48,797 bases of DNA from a virus (taxonomy: Duplodnaviria; Caudoviricetes), in the IMG/VR virus record IMGVR_UViG_3300048080_000334, positions 1 to 48,797 of that record; one strand, written 5' to 3'. Below the pieces are notes generated by a model. It saw nothing but the letters and a program-made list of their open reading frames with translations, made no database searches and had not been told where the DNA came from. The translations under genes and the position numbers were made by a program. Below, one piece after another: positions 33,078 through 42,732 of the stretch. How positions within the stretch are numbered: the stretch's first letter is position 1; every line of letters begins with the position of its first letter.

Positions 33078-36000
33078 TCAGAATACTCCCCAGCACTGGT
33101 CGATGCCGATTGGCGGTGTATCGAGCGCTATGAACCCGCACTCGCCCTCCTCCTGGATCAGCGACGAGACATCGATGAGCTCAAGATCAACGGTCAGGTC
33201 ATCGGACACGCGCTTGTCGATCGAGAAAACCTCCATCGCCGGTATTCTCGTCGTTGGGAAGATGGAGTCAAGGGTATATGTGTCGTCCAGCTCTGCCGTC
33301 ATCCGCCGCAGCTTCGTTCTTACCTTGGCCGTAAGTGCCGGGTTCTCGTAGCGACGGTAGAGAACCTCGGCAATCAGGGCCACCCATGGCTCGTTGTCCG
33401 CAATGGCGACGCTGTAGGATTTGAACTCCAGCTTACGTGGGGCGGGGAGCAGGCGCCCATAGCGCATGAACGATGGGTTATCGGCAAGGCGAGTCGGCGT
33501 GACGAAGCCGTCAAGGAACTCCTGGGTGGCAACGTCGTAGTCTAACGATGACACAAATTGATTGTAGATCTGGAGATGGTCGATCTCGGCCGACATGAGA
33601 TCATCGCCATGGCAAAGGGTATCTAGCGTGCCGGCGGGGACAATGCGCGGCATGATGTTTAGGAGCCCGATCGTGGCGTTGATTTTCTCGATCGCCACGG
33701 CCCCAAGGTGGAGCGACAGCGCGTCGAGAGTCTCAAGGCCTTTCTGCGGCTTATCGACGACGAATGGGCGAGCCTGCTGGTTATTCCTCATCACCGACAG
33801 GGCATTGATCGTTGCCGAATCGAGTTCCGATGCTTCTAAGGCCCCGCCCTGGGGGGAGAGGATGAAGTCGCGCCAGATGTCCAAGATCGGGCGAATTGGA
33901 TCGGCGGTCGGCGGGTTCTGCAAGACAGAAGAGGCCCAGCCGAGTTCGATCGTGAACCGCTGATTGGCGGCATAGACATGAGTCCCCGTGTTCCAAGTGG
34001 CATTTGAGGCTATCGTGATCGACCCTGAGAGCGTCGTAAATGCATCGCCGATATTACCACTACCCTCGAAGCCGGAGACCGAACCAACGCAGATGAATTC
34101 CGATGAATTCTGAATCTCAAAAGTCAGAATCTCAATCGGCGGATTGGCAGATAAGTTAAATGTGATTGGCGGTCGAGCAACAAAGCCTCCTCCAGGGGGA
34201 TTAGAGCGTGGATGCTGCGGGATCCCATCGGTATCGGTGATGCGCACGATATCGTTCGCCAGAACCTGGCGATCAAATAGCTCCTGAAAGCGATTGCCGA
34301 TGCGGAGCTGTCCGATAGCGCGCCTCGCGACGACCTGGAGCACGAAGCCGCGATACTGCGTGAGCACTTCCTCCCCGAACAGGATGCTGACGAGGACCGG
34401 CGTGCCAAGCCACTTCGGCTCTCCGGTGGAGTCGAGCAGGAAGCTGTCGGGATTGGATTCGAGGAAGAGTTCGTTGGGATCTTTGAAGATCATCGTCACG
34501 TCGGAGGCGCGGTAGTTTCTGAGCAGGATGTCGCGCTCGTAGCGCAAGGGCGTCATCTGCTTGAACAGCATCGACAGGTCGTGCTCCTGCGGGCCGCCCG
34601 GATCGAACACCACCGAGATGCAGTAGCGACAGTCCTCGCCGCCTGGCCCCGGGCCCGGCCCGGGGCCAGGAATAGGCACGCTCGACGGCACACTTCCGCC
34701 ACCGCCCTCCGAGGCGGGGATGTAGCCCTGGATCGCACCACGATCGAGAATGCCGAGCCCAGGCGTCGAGTCGTCGGCCGTGTGGACATAGTCTGGGTCG
34801 CGCGGGCGCCAGTCGCCTTCGAGCACTATCGCCGAGGAGGTACCTTCGCCGCCGAGCCCCTGGCCTGCGGTGTGAAGCCAGGTGAAGGCGCTAGACGGAG
34901 CGGTGTAGTCGGGAGGGCCGACATGGTTGTTGCCGCCGTCCGTGACTGCCGCATCGTGTGGCGTCGTAACATCGGCGTAGCCATTGTGGTGAGCGACGAA
35001 GGTACCGACCGGTGGGAAGTCGCCGTTGAGCGTCATCCCGTTCGTATAGATTCCGAAGTCGGTTGTCGGATCGGTGGCGAAGGCTCCCGGTCCAGTGGTG
35101 ATATTGTTCTGAAACTCGATGCTCCCATCCATGTGATGCGGGTCGAGAACGGTAAGAGGTGAGTCGCTTGGGAAAAAGCCCCTAAATATATCGAGAAACG
35201 TCATGTGGTCAAAATCATAAACGTCGCCTGGCTGAAGATCGCATCCCGTATCCATATTAATTGCGGCGGAAAGCTCTCCAGGAGTTGTTAGGCTCGCGAA
35301 GCCCTTAAATACATTGAACCGGAACCGGACTTGTTTGACCCTGGTGACAAAGTTGACGTAGAAGTTATGCTCATCGCTTGCCGGTCCACAACGTCCGTAG
35401 CAGAAAAACATCTCGAAGCGCTCGCAGACACCGGCAGTCTGATTCAGCGTCACCGCCTGGTTGTTCCCGCCAGCGACCTGGAAGTCGAACTTGCACTTGG
35501 CGTATTGCTGCGAGTGATCGTTCCCAGACGTATGCTGGTTGATAGTCGAAGCGGCGGAACTGTCCACGGTCAGCTCGTAATCGAAAGAACGGTAAACGAT
35601 GCCGGTGGCGGTCCCTCTCACCACAAAAAATCCGGTCCCGCCATTAACCTCGCGGAGGACCGTTCGCCCGCCATCCATGCCTTCAATGGTGAGGTTCGGG
35701 CTTCCCGCGCTCCCCAGACCGATCAGCGAACCGTTCTCTGGATCATAGGACGGGAACGTGAACGTGCCGAGGAACTTGTCGGCATGACCAATGAAGTTCG
35801 AGTTGACGCCCGTGAGGTTGGTGTAGAGTGGATCGGTGAGTTTGAGCCTGCCACCGCGGTTGAGACCGACGTTGTTCAGCCCATGCCGGATGGTGAGATC
35901 GGGCCTCGCGGCCGTCCCCATGCCTTCGCCGGGCACCCCCCCGTTGAAGTCGAGATCGACGTAGATCGTATCGGCGCCGCCGTCGAACGAAATGAAGTCG

Positions 36001-36557
36001 CTCCACTTGAGATTCGTGATGCCGGTGGCATTGTTTGCTCCAGAACTAATGCCGCAAGGACCGCTCCAGAGCTGCCCCTGGGCATCAGTATCCACCTCAT
36101 CGAATACTGGCCCATCGCGGAGAGATCCGGTGTCGTAGTTGTTGTCGAAATAAATCTGGATGCGGGTTCCAACATGGCGAACGCCGACACGTTGAAAAAG
36201 ACCTGCGGTAACGCTGCCGAAGAACCCGCCGATCTGAGTCGCAACACCGCCCTCGAAGCGGAATACCCCCCACGAGACTCCGGCACCGGTTGTCGCTCGA
36301 ATGAAGTAGTAGTTCGATGTGTCCTGAAAGCGCCAGACAAGTCCAACCGCGTTTGATCCATCTGACCCCACAAGCCAGCACTGGAAGTAGGTATCGCGCT
36401 GAGAGGTACCGTTCTTGGTCGCGAGATGCCCGACGCCAGAGGTGTCAATCCGAGCATGGGACCCGTCGCACGACATATTGGTACTGCCATGCTCGCTCCA
36501 CCCGGAGCCGAGAGTCCCGTCAACGCGGTTGAAATCGTCGGATCCGAGGATCGCCAT
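33078..36557 (-). CDS. Large tail-tip protein: lectin-like plus beta-helix-like plus hub/Tal-like domains
   Basis: SDDFNR.DG.LG..W jelly-roll start, TIYVD...G.GT beta-helix cap, GPGPGPG linker, then a hub-like C-terminal half; start at MAILGSDDF. Confidence 0.7.
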   Translation of the reverse strand: MAILGSDDFNRVDGTLGSGWSEHGSTNMSCDGSHARIDTSGVGHLATKNGTSQRDTYFQCWLVGSDGSNAVGLVWRFQDTSNYYFIRATTGAGVSWGVFRFEGGVATQIGGFFGSVTAGLFQRVGVRHVGTRIQIYFDNNYDTGSLRDGPVFDEVDTDAQGQLWSGPCGISSGANNATGITNLKWSDFISFDGGADTIYVDLDFNGGVPGEGMGTAARPDLTIRHGLNNVGLNRGGRLKLTDPLYTNLTGVNSNFIGHADKFLGTFTFPSYDPENGSLIGLGSAGSPNLTIEGMDGGRTVLREVNGGTGFFVVRGTATGIVYRSFDYELTVDSSAASTINQHTSGNDHSQQYAKCKFDFQVAGGNNQAVTLNQTAGVCERFEMFFCYGRCGPASDEHNFYVNFVTRVKQVRFRFNVFKGFASLTTPGELSAAINMDTGCDLQPGDVYDFDHMTFLDIFRGFFPSDSPLTVLDPHHMDGSIEFQNNITTGPGAFATDPTTDFGIYTNGMTLNGDFPPVGTFVAHHNGYADVTTPHDAAVTDGGNNHVGPPDYTAPSSAFTWLHTAGQGLGGEGTSSAIVLEGDWRPRDPDYVHTADDSTPGLGILDRGAIQGYIPASEGGGGSVPSSVPIPGPGPGPGPGGEDCRYCISVVFDPGGPQEHDLSMLFKQMTPLRYERDILLRNYRASDVTMIFKDPNELFLESNPDSFLLDSTGEPKWLGTPVLVSILFGEEVLTQYRGFVLQVVARRAIGQLRIGNRFQELFDRQVLANDIVRITDTDGIPQHPRSNPPGGGFVARPPITFNLSANPPIEILTFEIQNSSEFICVGSVSGFEGSGNIGDAFTTLSGSITIASNATWNTGTHVYAANQRFTIELGWASSVLQNPPTADPIRPILDIWRDFILSPQGGALEASELDSATINALSVMRNNQQARPFVVDKPQKGLETLDALSLHLGAVAIEKINATIGLLNIMPRIVPAGTLDTLCHGDDLMSAEIDHLQIYNQFVSSLDYDVATQEFLDGFVTPTRLADNPSFMRYGRLLPAPRKLEFKSYSVAIADNEPWVALIAEVLYRRYENPALTAKVRTKLRRMTAELDDTYTLDSIFPTTRIPAMEVFSIDKRVSDDLTVDLELIDVSSLIQEEGECGFIALDTPPIGIDQCWGVF

Positions 36558-36558
36558 C

Positions 36559-37098
36559 TCAGCTCGTGACTCCTGGGCAAAGCTGCTGCATATAGCCAAA
36601 TGGCGAGGTGGGGAACTCAGCATCCGGCAAGGCGATGAACCGCAGGACGAACTCGGTGAACGAATCACGGCGGAAAGGCAGCGTCCATGGGAGTTCGATG
36701 AAGGCGCGGCGCAAGAGGACGATCACCATCGTACAGGCGTCGGGATCGTCGCAGGTGGCGATATGGTGCATGAACACCACTTGATGGAGTGCCTCCTGCC
36801 GGATAGTCGTAAAGGGTATCTGGTAGCCGCCCGAGATGTTCGCCGACGGCTCCTTGAGTAAGAATTCAAGATTCTCGATTGTGACCCAATCGCAAGTAGC
36901 CTCGATTACAATGCGCTGCTGGAACCCGAGCTGCGCCTGGCTCGTGTCCGACTCGGCCTGCACCGCGGGGTAGAAGATGCACTGGTTCTCGCCCTCGCCG
37001 GCCGTGTCGATGATTGCGACGTTGCCAACATCCACGCCGTCTACCATGAGTTCACCGGTGCCGATGAGAAGCGGGGGCGAGTCAGTTGTGCAGCTCAT
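36559..37098 (-). CDS. Second tail-tube-fold protein (tube initiator or baseplate tube)
   Basis: Colinear similarity to 41167-41721. Confidence 0.7.
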   Translation of the reverse strand: MSCTTDSPPLLIGTGELMVDGVDVGNVAIIDTAGEGENQCIFYPAVQAESDTSQAQLGFQQRIVIEATCDWVTIENLEFLLKEPSANISGGYQIPFTTIRQEALHQVVFMHHIATCDDPDACTMVIVLLRRAFIELPWTLPFRRDSFTEFVLRFIALPDAEFPTSPFGYMQQLCPGVTS

Positions 37099-37099
37099 G

Positions 37100-37525
37100 C
37101 TACGATACCTCGGCGATGCAGAAGGTTTCGACGACCTCCTTCATCACGATCTCCTGCTCCCAGCACCCGGCGATGCGACCGCGAACATGGCGCTCGTGGA
37201 AGTCCGATACGTTCGTCCAGAACACCTCGAAGTGCGTTACCTGGTCGTAGAGCCAGAAGGGCCAGAACTGGAACGGCTCACAGCTTTCCGATTGCGCCGC
37301 CCGCATCTCGTCCAGCTTTTCGATCGTATCGCGGAAGTACATGTTCACCCGGAAATCGAAGATGAAGTATGTGCTGCCCACCGGGATAAGCGAAACGTTC
37401 CCCGACTGGCTAATCTGTTCCTCGGTGTGCTGGAACGGGTTGGCCCTGAGATCGACAATTTCCTCGTCCTTAAAGAGAACCGGGGCGAGCAGAAATGGAT
37501 GGGTGAAGCGGAAGACATCGACCAT
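37100..37525 (-). CDS. Distal tail (Dit-like) protein
   Basis: 141 aa directly after the tape measure; synteny only. Confidence 0.5.
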   Translation of the reverse strand: MVDVFRFTHPFLLAPVLFKDEEIVDLRANPFQHTEEQISQSGNVSLIPVGSTYFIFDFRVNMYFRDTIEKLDEMRAAQSESCEPFQFWPFWLYDQVTHFEVFWTNVSDFHERHVRGRIAGCWEQEIVMKEVVETFCIAEVS

Positions 37526-37528
37526 CGC

Positions 37529-40219
37529 CTACAAGGGCTCCTCGCCAAGCTGGCGCTGGCGCTGGCGGAGCCTCGGCAGGACGACCTGGTCAGTGTAGAT
37601 GGCCTTGGTAAGGGGTCCTGGCTCAAGGATCTTGACCTGCGGCCGTACGGTAACTCCGCCCTCGCTTGTCGGAGCGGGGGCGCTTCTGGCGATACCGCTG
37701 AACGCCGTGGTCTGGGCCGCAGCCCGGGCCCCGCGACCGAACAGCATCCCGAACCGGTTTCCCTCCGACGAAGCGAGGGAGTCAATCCCGGGAATGTCGA
37801 ACGGTCGGAGGAGATGGCCCACGGGGGTCGAAAAGATGCCGTCCGCACCATGGCGAGCGGCCTTCCCGAACCTAGTCGCTGCGACGTCAAATTGCGGAAT
37901 ATCGAATGGGCGGAAAAGCCGACTCGCCGGCGAGGAGAAGATCCCGCCATCGCCAGGGCGTGAAACTTCGCCAGTAGTGTGACGGCGCCCGAGCTTCCTT
38001 GCCGCCACGTCGAATTGTGGGATGTCGAATGGGCGAAGGAGATGGCTGACTGGAGTGGAAAAGAGATCGCGCTCTGGGCGGGCGGCCTCCTCGTGTGCGC
38101 CTGGGGCCGTGCTCCGGCGACCGAGCTTCGCGGCCGCCGTGTCGTAGCGCGGAATGTCGAAGGGACGTAAAAGATTGCCGATTGACGCCGAGAAGATCCC
38201 CCCGTCGCCCGTGCGCGCGGGTTCCTCGGTCGCGCGGCGGCGGCCGAGTTTCGTGGCAGCGGTATCCATCTGCGGGATATCGAATGGGCGGAGGAACCGC
38301 CCAATGGTAGTCGCAAAGATACCGCCGTCGTCCGGCGTCTCGGCCTTACCCGTAGCGCGCCGACGCCCGAGCTTGCTAGCGGCGACGTCGTAGCGGGGGA
38401 CGTCGAACGGGCGGAGAAGGCTGCCCATGGGCGTAGAGAGCGGCGACGCTGACCGCACGGGAACGGCCTCCCCGGTTGCACGCTGCCGCCCGGACTTGGT
38501 TGCCGCAATGTCGGCGCGCGGGATGTCGAAGAGCTTTCCGAAGAATCCGAGCGGCCCACCGAGCGTGCTCACGATGGCCTTCAGGATAAGAGCCTGGACG
38601 ATCGCGGCGGCGATCTGCTTGAGTAGCTGCTTGAAGAAATCTCCGAAGGCGCGCTTTCCTCCGGTTGCCGCATCGACGATCACCGAGCCGATGTTGCCAA
38701 AAGCCGATGCAATAACACTCCCGGCCTGGAGCCCGGCGTCGGTCATCTCGTTGAAGGCGATCGTCTGGCGCTCCGACTCCACACGCAACTCGTGCGCCGC
38801 CTCCAAGGCCTCCTCGTTGACGGGCGGCCCAGTGATCAATACTTCCTGCTCGATAGCCTCAAGTCGGCGCGTCTCGCGGATCTCGGGCTCGATGACGGGC
38901 CCTTCGATACCGACCACGGCACCGGCGATCTCCTCTTTCGCCCGCCGCGCCGCCTCTGCAAGCTCGCCCCCCTTGGCGATCGCCTTGTCGAGCTCGGAGT
39001 TGATCAATTCCAGGCCGGCCTGGGCATCTCCACCTCTGAGCGAGGCAAACTGTGCCGCGAGCGACACAATCGCGCCGACGCCGCCCTCTGCCGCAGTGAA
39101 CGTCCTTTCAAGCCGCTCGGCCACCTGCCCCAGCGGCGGCAGAACTTCCTTGACCTTCTCCTCTAGCTCAACGAACTCATCGCCCAGGGCACCAACGGGC
39201 ATCGTGATCCCGGGCTCGACCTGCTTGCCCACGGCGATGAACTGCTCGAACGTCAGCTTGTCCTCTTTGAGCACTTCCTTGAGCCTGGCAAACGTGGCCG
39301 TCACGTTGCCCTGCTCGCCAGGGGTGAGGATCTGGAGGAAGGCCTTGGCGAGAAGCCCAAGCTCCTCAAACCCCAAGGCAAGCTCACGCACTACGAAACC
39401 GAAGCGCTGGAAAAAGCCTGCGATCGCGGGGCCGTTCCGCTCGGCGAAATCCACTGCAAACTGTGCGAACTTGGCAAAAACGGGGAGGAGCTTTTCCCCG
39501 ATCTGTAGGGAGACGCCTCCCAGCGCCGCGCGGACGGCCGACATATTGTCGTTGAACTCGTCGGAGCGGCGGGCGAAGTCGGAGGAGATCGTGAGGCCAA
39601 GCCGGTCTGCCCGGGCGCGCAGCGCATCGATTCCCTTCGAGCCCTCGCGGAGGAGCGGCACGAGCTGCGACGCGGAGAGCCCGAGCACCTTTGAGGCCTT
39701 GGCGAGTTGGAGCTGGGCGTTCCCGGTTTTGGCCACGCCGTCTGCTACCAGGCCGAAAACCTCGTCGATCGGCCTCCCGAGATCCTTAACGCCGATGCCT
39801 AGATCGGCGAAAGCCTTCCGTGCAGTCTTGGAGCCGCCAGCCGCGGCACCGATCGTTTGGGAGAGCCGCCGGAAAGCGGGCGTCAGTGCCTCGACCGACC
39901 CTCCAGATTGCTCGACCGCGAACTTGAGCTGCGAGAAGGCTTCGACCGTCGTGCCCGCCCGGTTGGCCAGGGCAAGCATGTTGTCGGCCGTGTTTGCGGC
40001 CTTGAGAACGGCTGCTCCGACGGCGGTAATACCGCCTACGGCAAGGGCCGCTGCCGGGTGGATCGAGCCGATCGATGCCGTGACGTTGCTGAAAACGTCT
40101 CCGAGGGTGCGGTTCCGGTCGAGGAAGCCCTTGAGCGCCGACGAGGCGTTGTTGATCCCGGCCGTGAACGGCTGGGATATCGCCTCAAGCCGGATGGAGA
40201 GGGTATTGGCTAGCGCCAT
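37529..40219 (-). CDS. Tail tape measure protein with C-terminal RPFDIP repeats
   Basis: 896 aa, Ala/Gly-rich helical; FAVEQSGGSVEAL...AFADLGI...DEVF..VAD...LVPLL.EG; follows the chaperone pair. Confidence 0.9.
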   Translation of the reverse strand: MALANTLSIRLEAISQPFTAGINNASSALKGFLDRNRTLGDVFSNVTASIGSIHPAAALAVGGITAVGAAVLKAANTADNMLALANRAGTTVEAFSQLKFAVEQSGGSVEALTPAFRRLSQTIGAAAGGSKTARKAFADLGIGVKDLGRPIDEVFGLVADGVAKTGNAQLQLAKASKVLGLSASQLVPLLREGSKGIDALRARADRLGLTISSDFARRSDEFNDNMSAVRAALGGVSLQIGEKLLPVFAKFAQFAVDFAERNGPAIAGFFQRFGFVVRELALGFEELGLLAKAFLQILTPGEQGNVTATFARLKEVLKEDKLTFEQFIAVGKQVEPGITMPVGALGDEFVELEEKVKEVLPPLGQVAERLERTFTAAEGGVGAIVSLAAQFASLRGGDAQAGLELINSELDKAIAKGGELAEAARRAKEEIAGAVVGIEGPVIEPEIRETRRLEAIEQEVLITGPPVNEEALEAAHELRVESERQTIAFNEMTDAGLQAGSVIASAFGNIGSVIVDAATGGKRAFGDFFKQLLKQIAAAIVQALILKAIVSTLGGPLGFFGKLFDIPRADIAATKSGRQRATGEAVPVRSASPLSTPMGSLLRPFDVPRYDVAASKLGRRRATGKAETPDDGGIFATTIGRFLRPFDIPQMDTAATKLGRRRATEEPARTGDGGIFSASIGNLLRPFDIPRYDTAAAKLGRRSTAPGAHEEAARPERDLFSTPVSHLLRPFDIPQFDVAARKLGRRHTTGEVSRPGDGGIFSSPASRLFRPFDIPQFDVAATRFGKAARHGADGIFSTPVGHLLRPFDIPGIDSLASSEGNRFGMLFGRGARAAAQTTAFSGIARSAPAPTSEGGVTVRPQVKILEPGPLTKAIYTDQVVLPRLRQRQRQLGEEPL
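37770..38530 (-). repeat. Seven imperfect 35-46-aa coding repeats (IFS.P...LLRPFDIP..D.AA.KLGRR)
   Basis: FD(I/V)P occurs 7 times in the translation. Confidence 0.9.
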
Positions 40220-40222
40220 CGC

Positions 40223-40640
40223 CTAGCCCCTGTCCTCGCCCATCGCCTTGCGCTTCATGGCCGCCATCTTTGCCCTCTTCGTCTCCCATTCCTCACGCGT
40301 GACCATCGTGGCCTTCACCTTCCCCATGACGCGCTCTAGAGCGCCAAGGGTGATCCCTGTGGGGTGGCCGCTGTCGGCGACCGTTCCCGCGCCTTTCTTC
40401 CGTCGAATCCCCTGGAGCCGAGCGATCAGTCCGTTGAGGAGGCGCGGCAGCTTGGCCATGTCGTGAGCCTTCTGTAGATGCGGATTCCGAGAGATCGCAA
40501 GGTCCATCTGCCACTCCACGGCGCGAGCGAGCTCCGCCGCCCGGGAAAAGTGCGTCATCTGACTCCAGGTCATAGTCCGAACGTCGGCCCAGGTGAAGCC
40601 CGCGTTCACCAGGCCCACGATCACATCGGCTTTCAGGCTG
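40223..40640 (-). CDS. Tail assembly chaperone, second (T) ORF, in the -1 frame
   Basis: GFTWADVRTMTWSQM.HF is typical of gpT; overlaps the end of G. Confidence 0.65.
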
Positions 40641-41151
40641 GGTTGGTCGTCGTCTCCTCGGCCTTGGCCGGCGGCTGCTGATTGCCGGCGCCCGCCGCCG
40701 GGAGATCGGCCACCAGCTGCCGAAGCCGGGCGCCCGCGCTGAAAGATGCCTGGATAGCCGGGCGCTGGGCCTCGATACACGCCAACGCCAAGTTGATGAA
40801 GGCACTCAAGGGCAGCCCGTAGAGCTTCGGATCCTCAGGAGGCAACCCGCAGGCATCGGCCATGAAGTCGCGGAGTGTGCCGTGCGCCTCGACTACTAGC
40901 GCGGGAAGCTCCTGGGCGATGAGATCGCCTACCTCGATGTCCTTGAGCTTCTTACCCGGGTGCCGCTCGACGAGCCGGCCGATCAGCCGATGCCACAAGC
41001 TCACGTGCTTCAGAAACTCCATGTCGGTGATCTCGCGGACCCCGAACTTGCGGCCCATGAGAGTCACCGACACGGGGATGTTGTAGAGCGGATCGATCGG
41101 TTCGGTATAATGCACCGTCGCCGTCCCGCCCGGGATATCAACTACCGTCAT
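40633..41151 (-). CDS. Tail assembly chaperone (G)
   Basis: Lies between the major tail and tape measure genes; ends ...TTNPA. Confidence 0.7.
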   Translation of the reverse strand: MTVVDIPGGTATVHYTEPIDPLYNIPVSVTLMGRKFGVREITDMEFLKHVSLWHRLIGRLVERHPGKKLKDIEVGDLIAQELPALVVEAHGTLRDFMADACGLPPEDPKLYGLPLSAFINLALACIEAQRPAIQASFSAGARLRQLVADLPAAGAGNQQPPAKAEETTTNPA

Positions 41152-41166
41152 ATGGCTATTCCTCTC

Positions 41167-41721
41167 CTAGCTCGTGGGGCAGACCTGGCTGAACTCGATC
41201 TTCCCGTAGGGCTCGGCCGGGTGGATGCTTTCGCAACTGAGCGCTCGGATCGAGCCCGCGATCTGGGCGAACTCGGTACCGAAGGTCATCGTGAACGGGG
41301 CGAGGATCTGGGCACGCCAGAACGTGATCTCGAAGCTCTTGGTCGCGCACGGGAACTCGTGGACGAGCCTTACCCCGTAGGTCGTGACACAGCGCTCGCC
41401 GATGAGCGGGATCTTGCATTCACCGCTTACGGTGACCGCAGTCTCGTTGAGCAGAGCCGCCAGGTTCCGAGCGGTGATCGAGTCGGTAGTGAAGTTGATC
41501 GTGTAGTCCTTCGAGAGCGCCAGGACCGCATCTAGGGCGTTAGTCTTGCCCAGGCGGTGCTCCAGCACCTCGACGTCGAAGGCGAACTCGGACCCGGCGA
41601 CGATGTTCCCCACCAGGAACTCTTGTCCACCGGACGGAGTGAGATACAGGTCGAACGTCCCGACCGTGTAGTTCTCGTCCAGGGTTTCGGTACAGAGAGC
41701 AGGATCAAGTAAAGCAGGCAT
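41167..41721 (-). CDS. Major tail tube protein
   Basis: Strong AAGGAG RBS, synteny, and G...LY...VGN...TARNLA.LL...PYG pattern. Confidence 0.75.
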   Translation of the reverse strand: MPALLDPALCTETLDENYTVGTFDLYLTPSGGQEFLVGNIVAGSEFAFDVEVLEHRLGKTNALDAVLALSKDYTINFTTDSITARNLAALLNETAVTVSGECKIPLIGERCVTTYGVRLVHEFPCATKSFEITFWRAQILAPFTMTFGTEFAQIAGSIRALSCESIHPAEPYGKIEFSQVCPTS

Positions 41722-41735
41722 CGCCTAACTCCTTT

Positions 41736-42320
41736 TCATGTGGCACAGCAAACATCTGGAATCGGAGGAACCAAGCCACGCGAGATCACCGTCCAGCGAA
41801 ACCTCGTCTGGATCTCCCATGCAGCCAACTTGTCGTTGAAGTGCAGATCAACCACGTCGCCCACGTGCTCGCGATGAGGGACGAGGATCATCCCGCCCTC
41901 GCCGCATTCGAGCGGCAGCGCGGCACCCCCCGCTTGCCAGCCCAGGATCCTCACCACCATGTCGTAGATGTCGAGCGCCCACAGGTCGCCTGGGCTCGGG
42001 ACGTTCATCTCGTCCTTCGGCGTCTGCCGCACCCATACCCCCACTACGAACGTCCACGACTCGATCCATGGGCGCTGGTTGATCGAGCGCGGCGACCGCG
42101 AGAGCCGACCGAACGTGACTACCGCGCGGGTGAAGTCTCCGGGCCACCCCTGCTCCTCGCGCCGAATCGGCCGTCCGAAGTGCGAGTTGAGCGGCATGTC
42201 GCAGAAGTCCTCGCTCCCATGGATCGTCGTTGCATCGGCTGGCTCCAGGTAGCCGCTGGCGAGACAGACATCGTCGGCCAAGAGGTCGTAGATCGTGGCG
42301 ATGATCGCGCGCGCACTCAT
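41736..42320 (-). CDS. Tail terminator/completion protein
   Basis: IIATIYDLLADD..L; FVVGVW; synteny. Confidence 0.65.
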   Translation of the reverse strand: MSARAIIATIYDLLADDVCLASGYLEPADATTIHGSEDFCDMPLNSHFGRPIRREEQGWPGDFTRAVVTFGRLSRSPRSINQRPWIESWTFVVGVWVRQTPKDEMNVPSPGDLWALDIYDMVVRILGWQAGGAALPLECGEGGMILVPHREHVGDVVDLHFNDKLAAWEIQTRFRWTVISRGLVPPIPDVCCAT

Positions 42321-42730
42321 CGCGACCACTTCTTGAGCGCTGGCACGACGCCCTGCTCAGAGAGGATCGTCGTCACCTCGTTGAACTTCTGCTCCGAGGC
42401 GGGGAACAGGTAGCCGCCGTCGGGCAGCGCCTCGACGTAGGGCGCGTAATGAATCGCCGTCCCCACCTCGACCGTGAGGCGCTGGCTCAGGACACCAGCC
42501 TTCTGGAGCTGGGTGTTGATCGAACGGCGGAGCGTGCCCGTGACGATATGGCCCTTCTCGGTGATGATCTCCTTGGCGCGCGCCTCAATGAGCTGTCCGG
42601 CGTTGACCATGATCCGCCCGAGGGCGTTGCCCGTGAGGTCGCGCAACAGCTCCTTGTTGCGATCCGTGGCCTGTTTGAGCACCTTCGAGAGCTCGCGCTG
42701 GCTGAGATTTTTGGCGATGAACTTGCCCAT
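42317..42730 (-). CDS. HK97 gp10-like neck/tail completion protein
   Basis: VTGTLRRSI...VGT..HYAPYVE...YLFPA. Confidence 0.85.
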   Translation of the reverse strand: MGKFIAKNLSQRELSKVLKQATDRNKELLRDLTGNALGRIMVNAGQLIEARAKEIITEKGHIVTGTLRRSINTQLQKAGVLSQRLTVEVGTAIHYAPYVEALPDGGYLFPASEQKFNEVTTILSEQGVVPALKKWSR

Positions 42731-42732
42731 GG

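Noticed and set aside
37770-38530. Regularly spaced DNA repeats as a possible CRISPR array
   Set aside because: Degenerate at synonymous positions, in frame within the tape measure, and no cas genes.
38427-40226. 599-aa + strand ORF, and similar long + ORFs such as 182-970, 30402-31493, 35331-36356 and 5684-6670
   Set aside because: Antisense shadows of well-supported minus-strand genes in high-GC DNA; no motifs or RBS.
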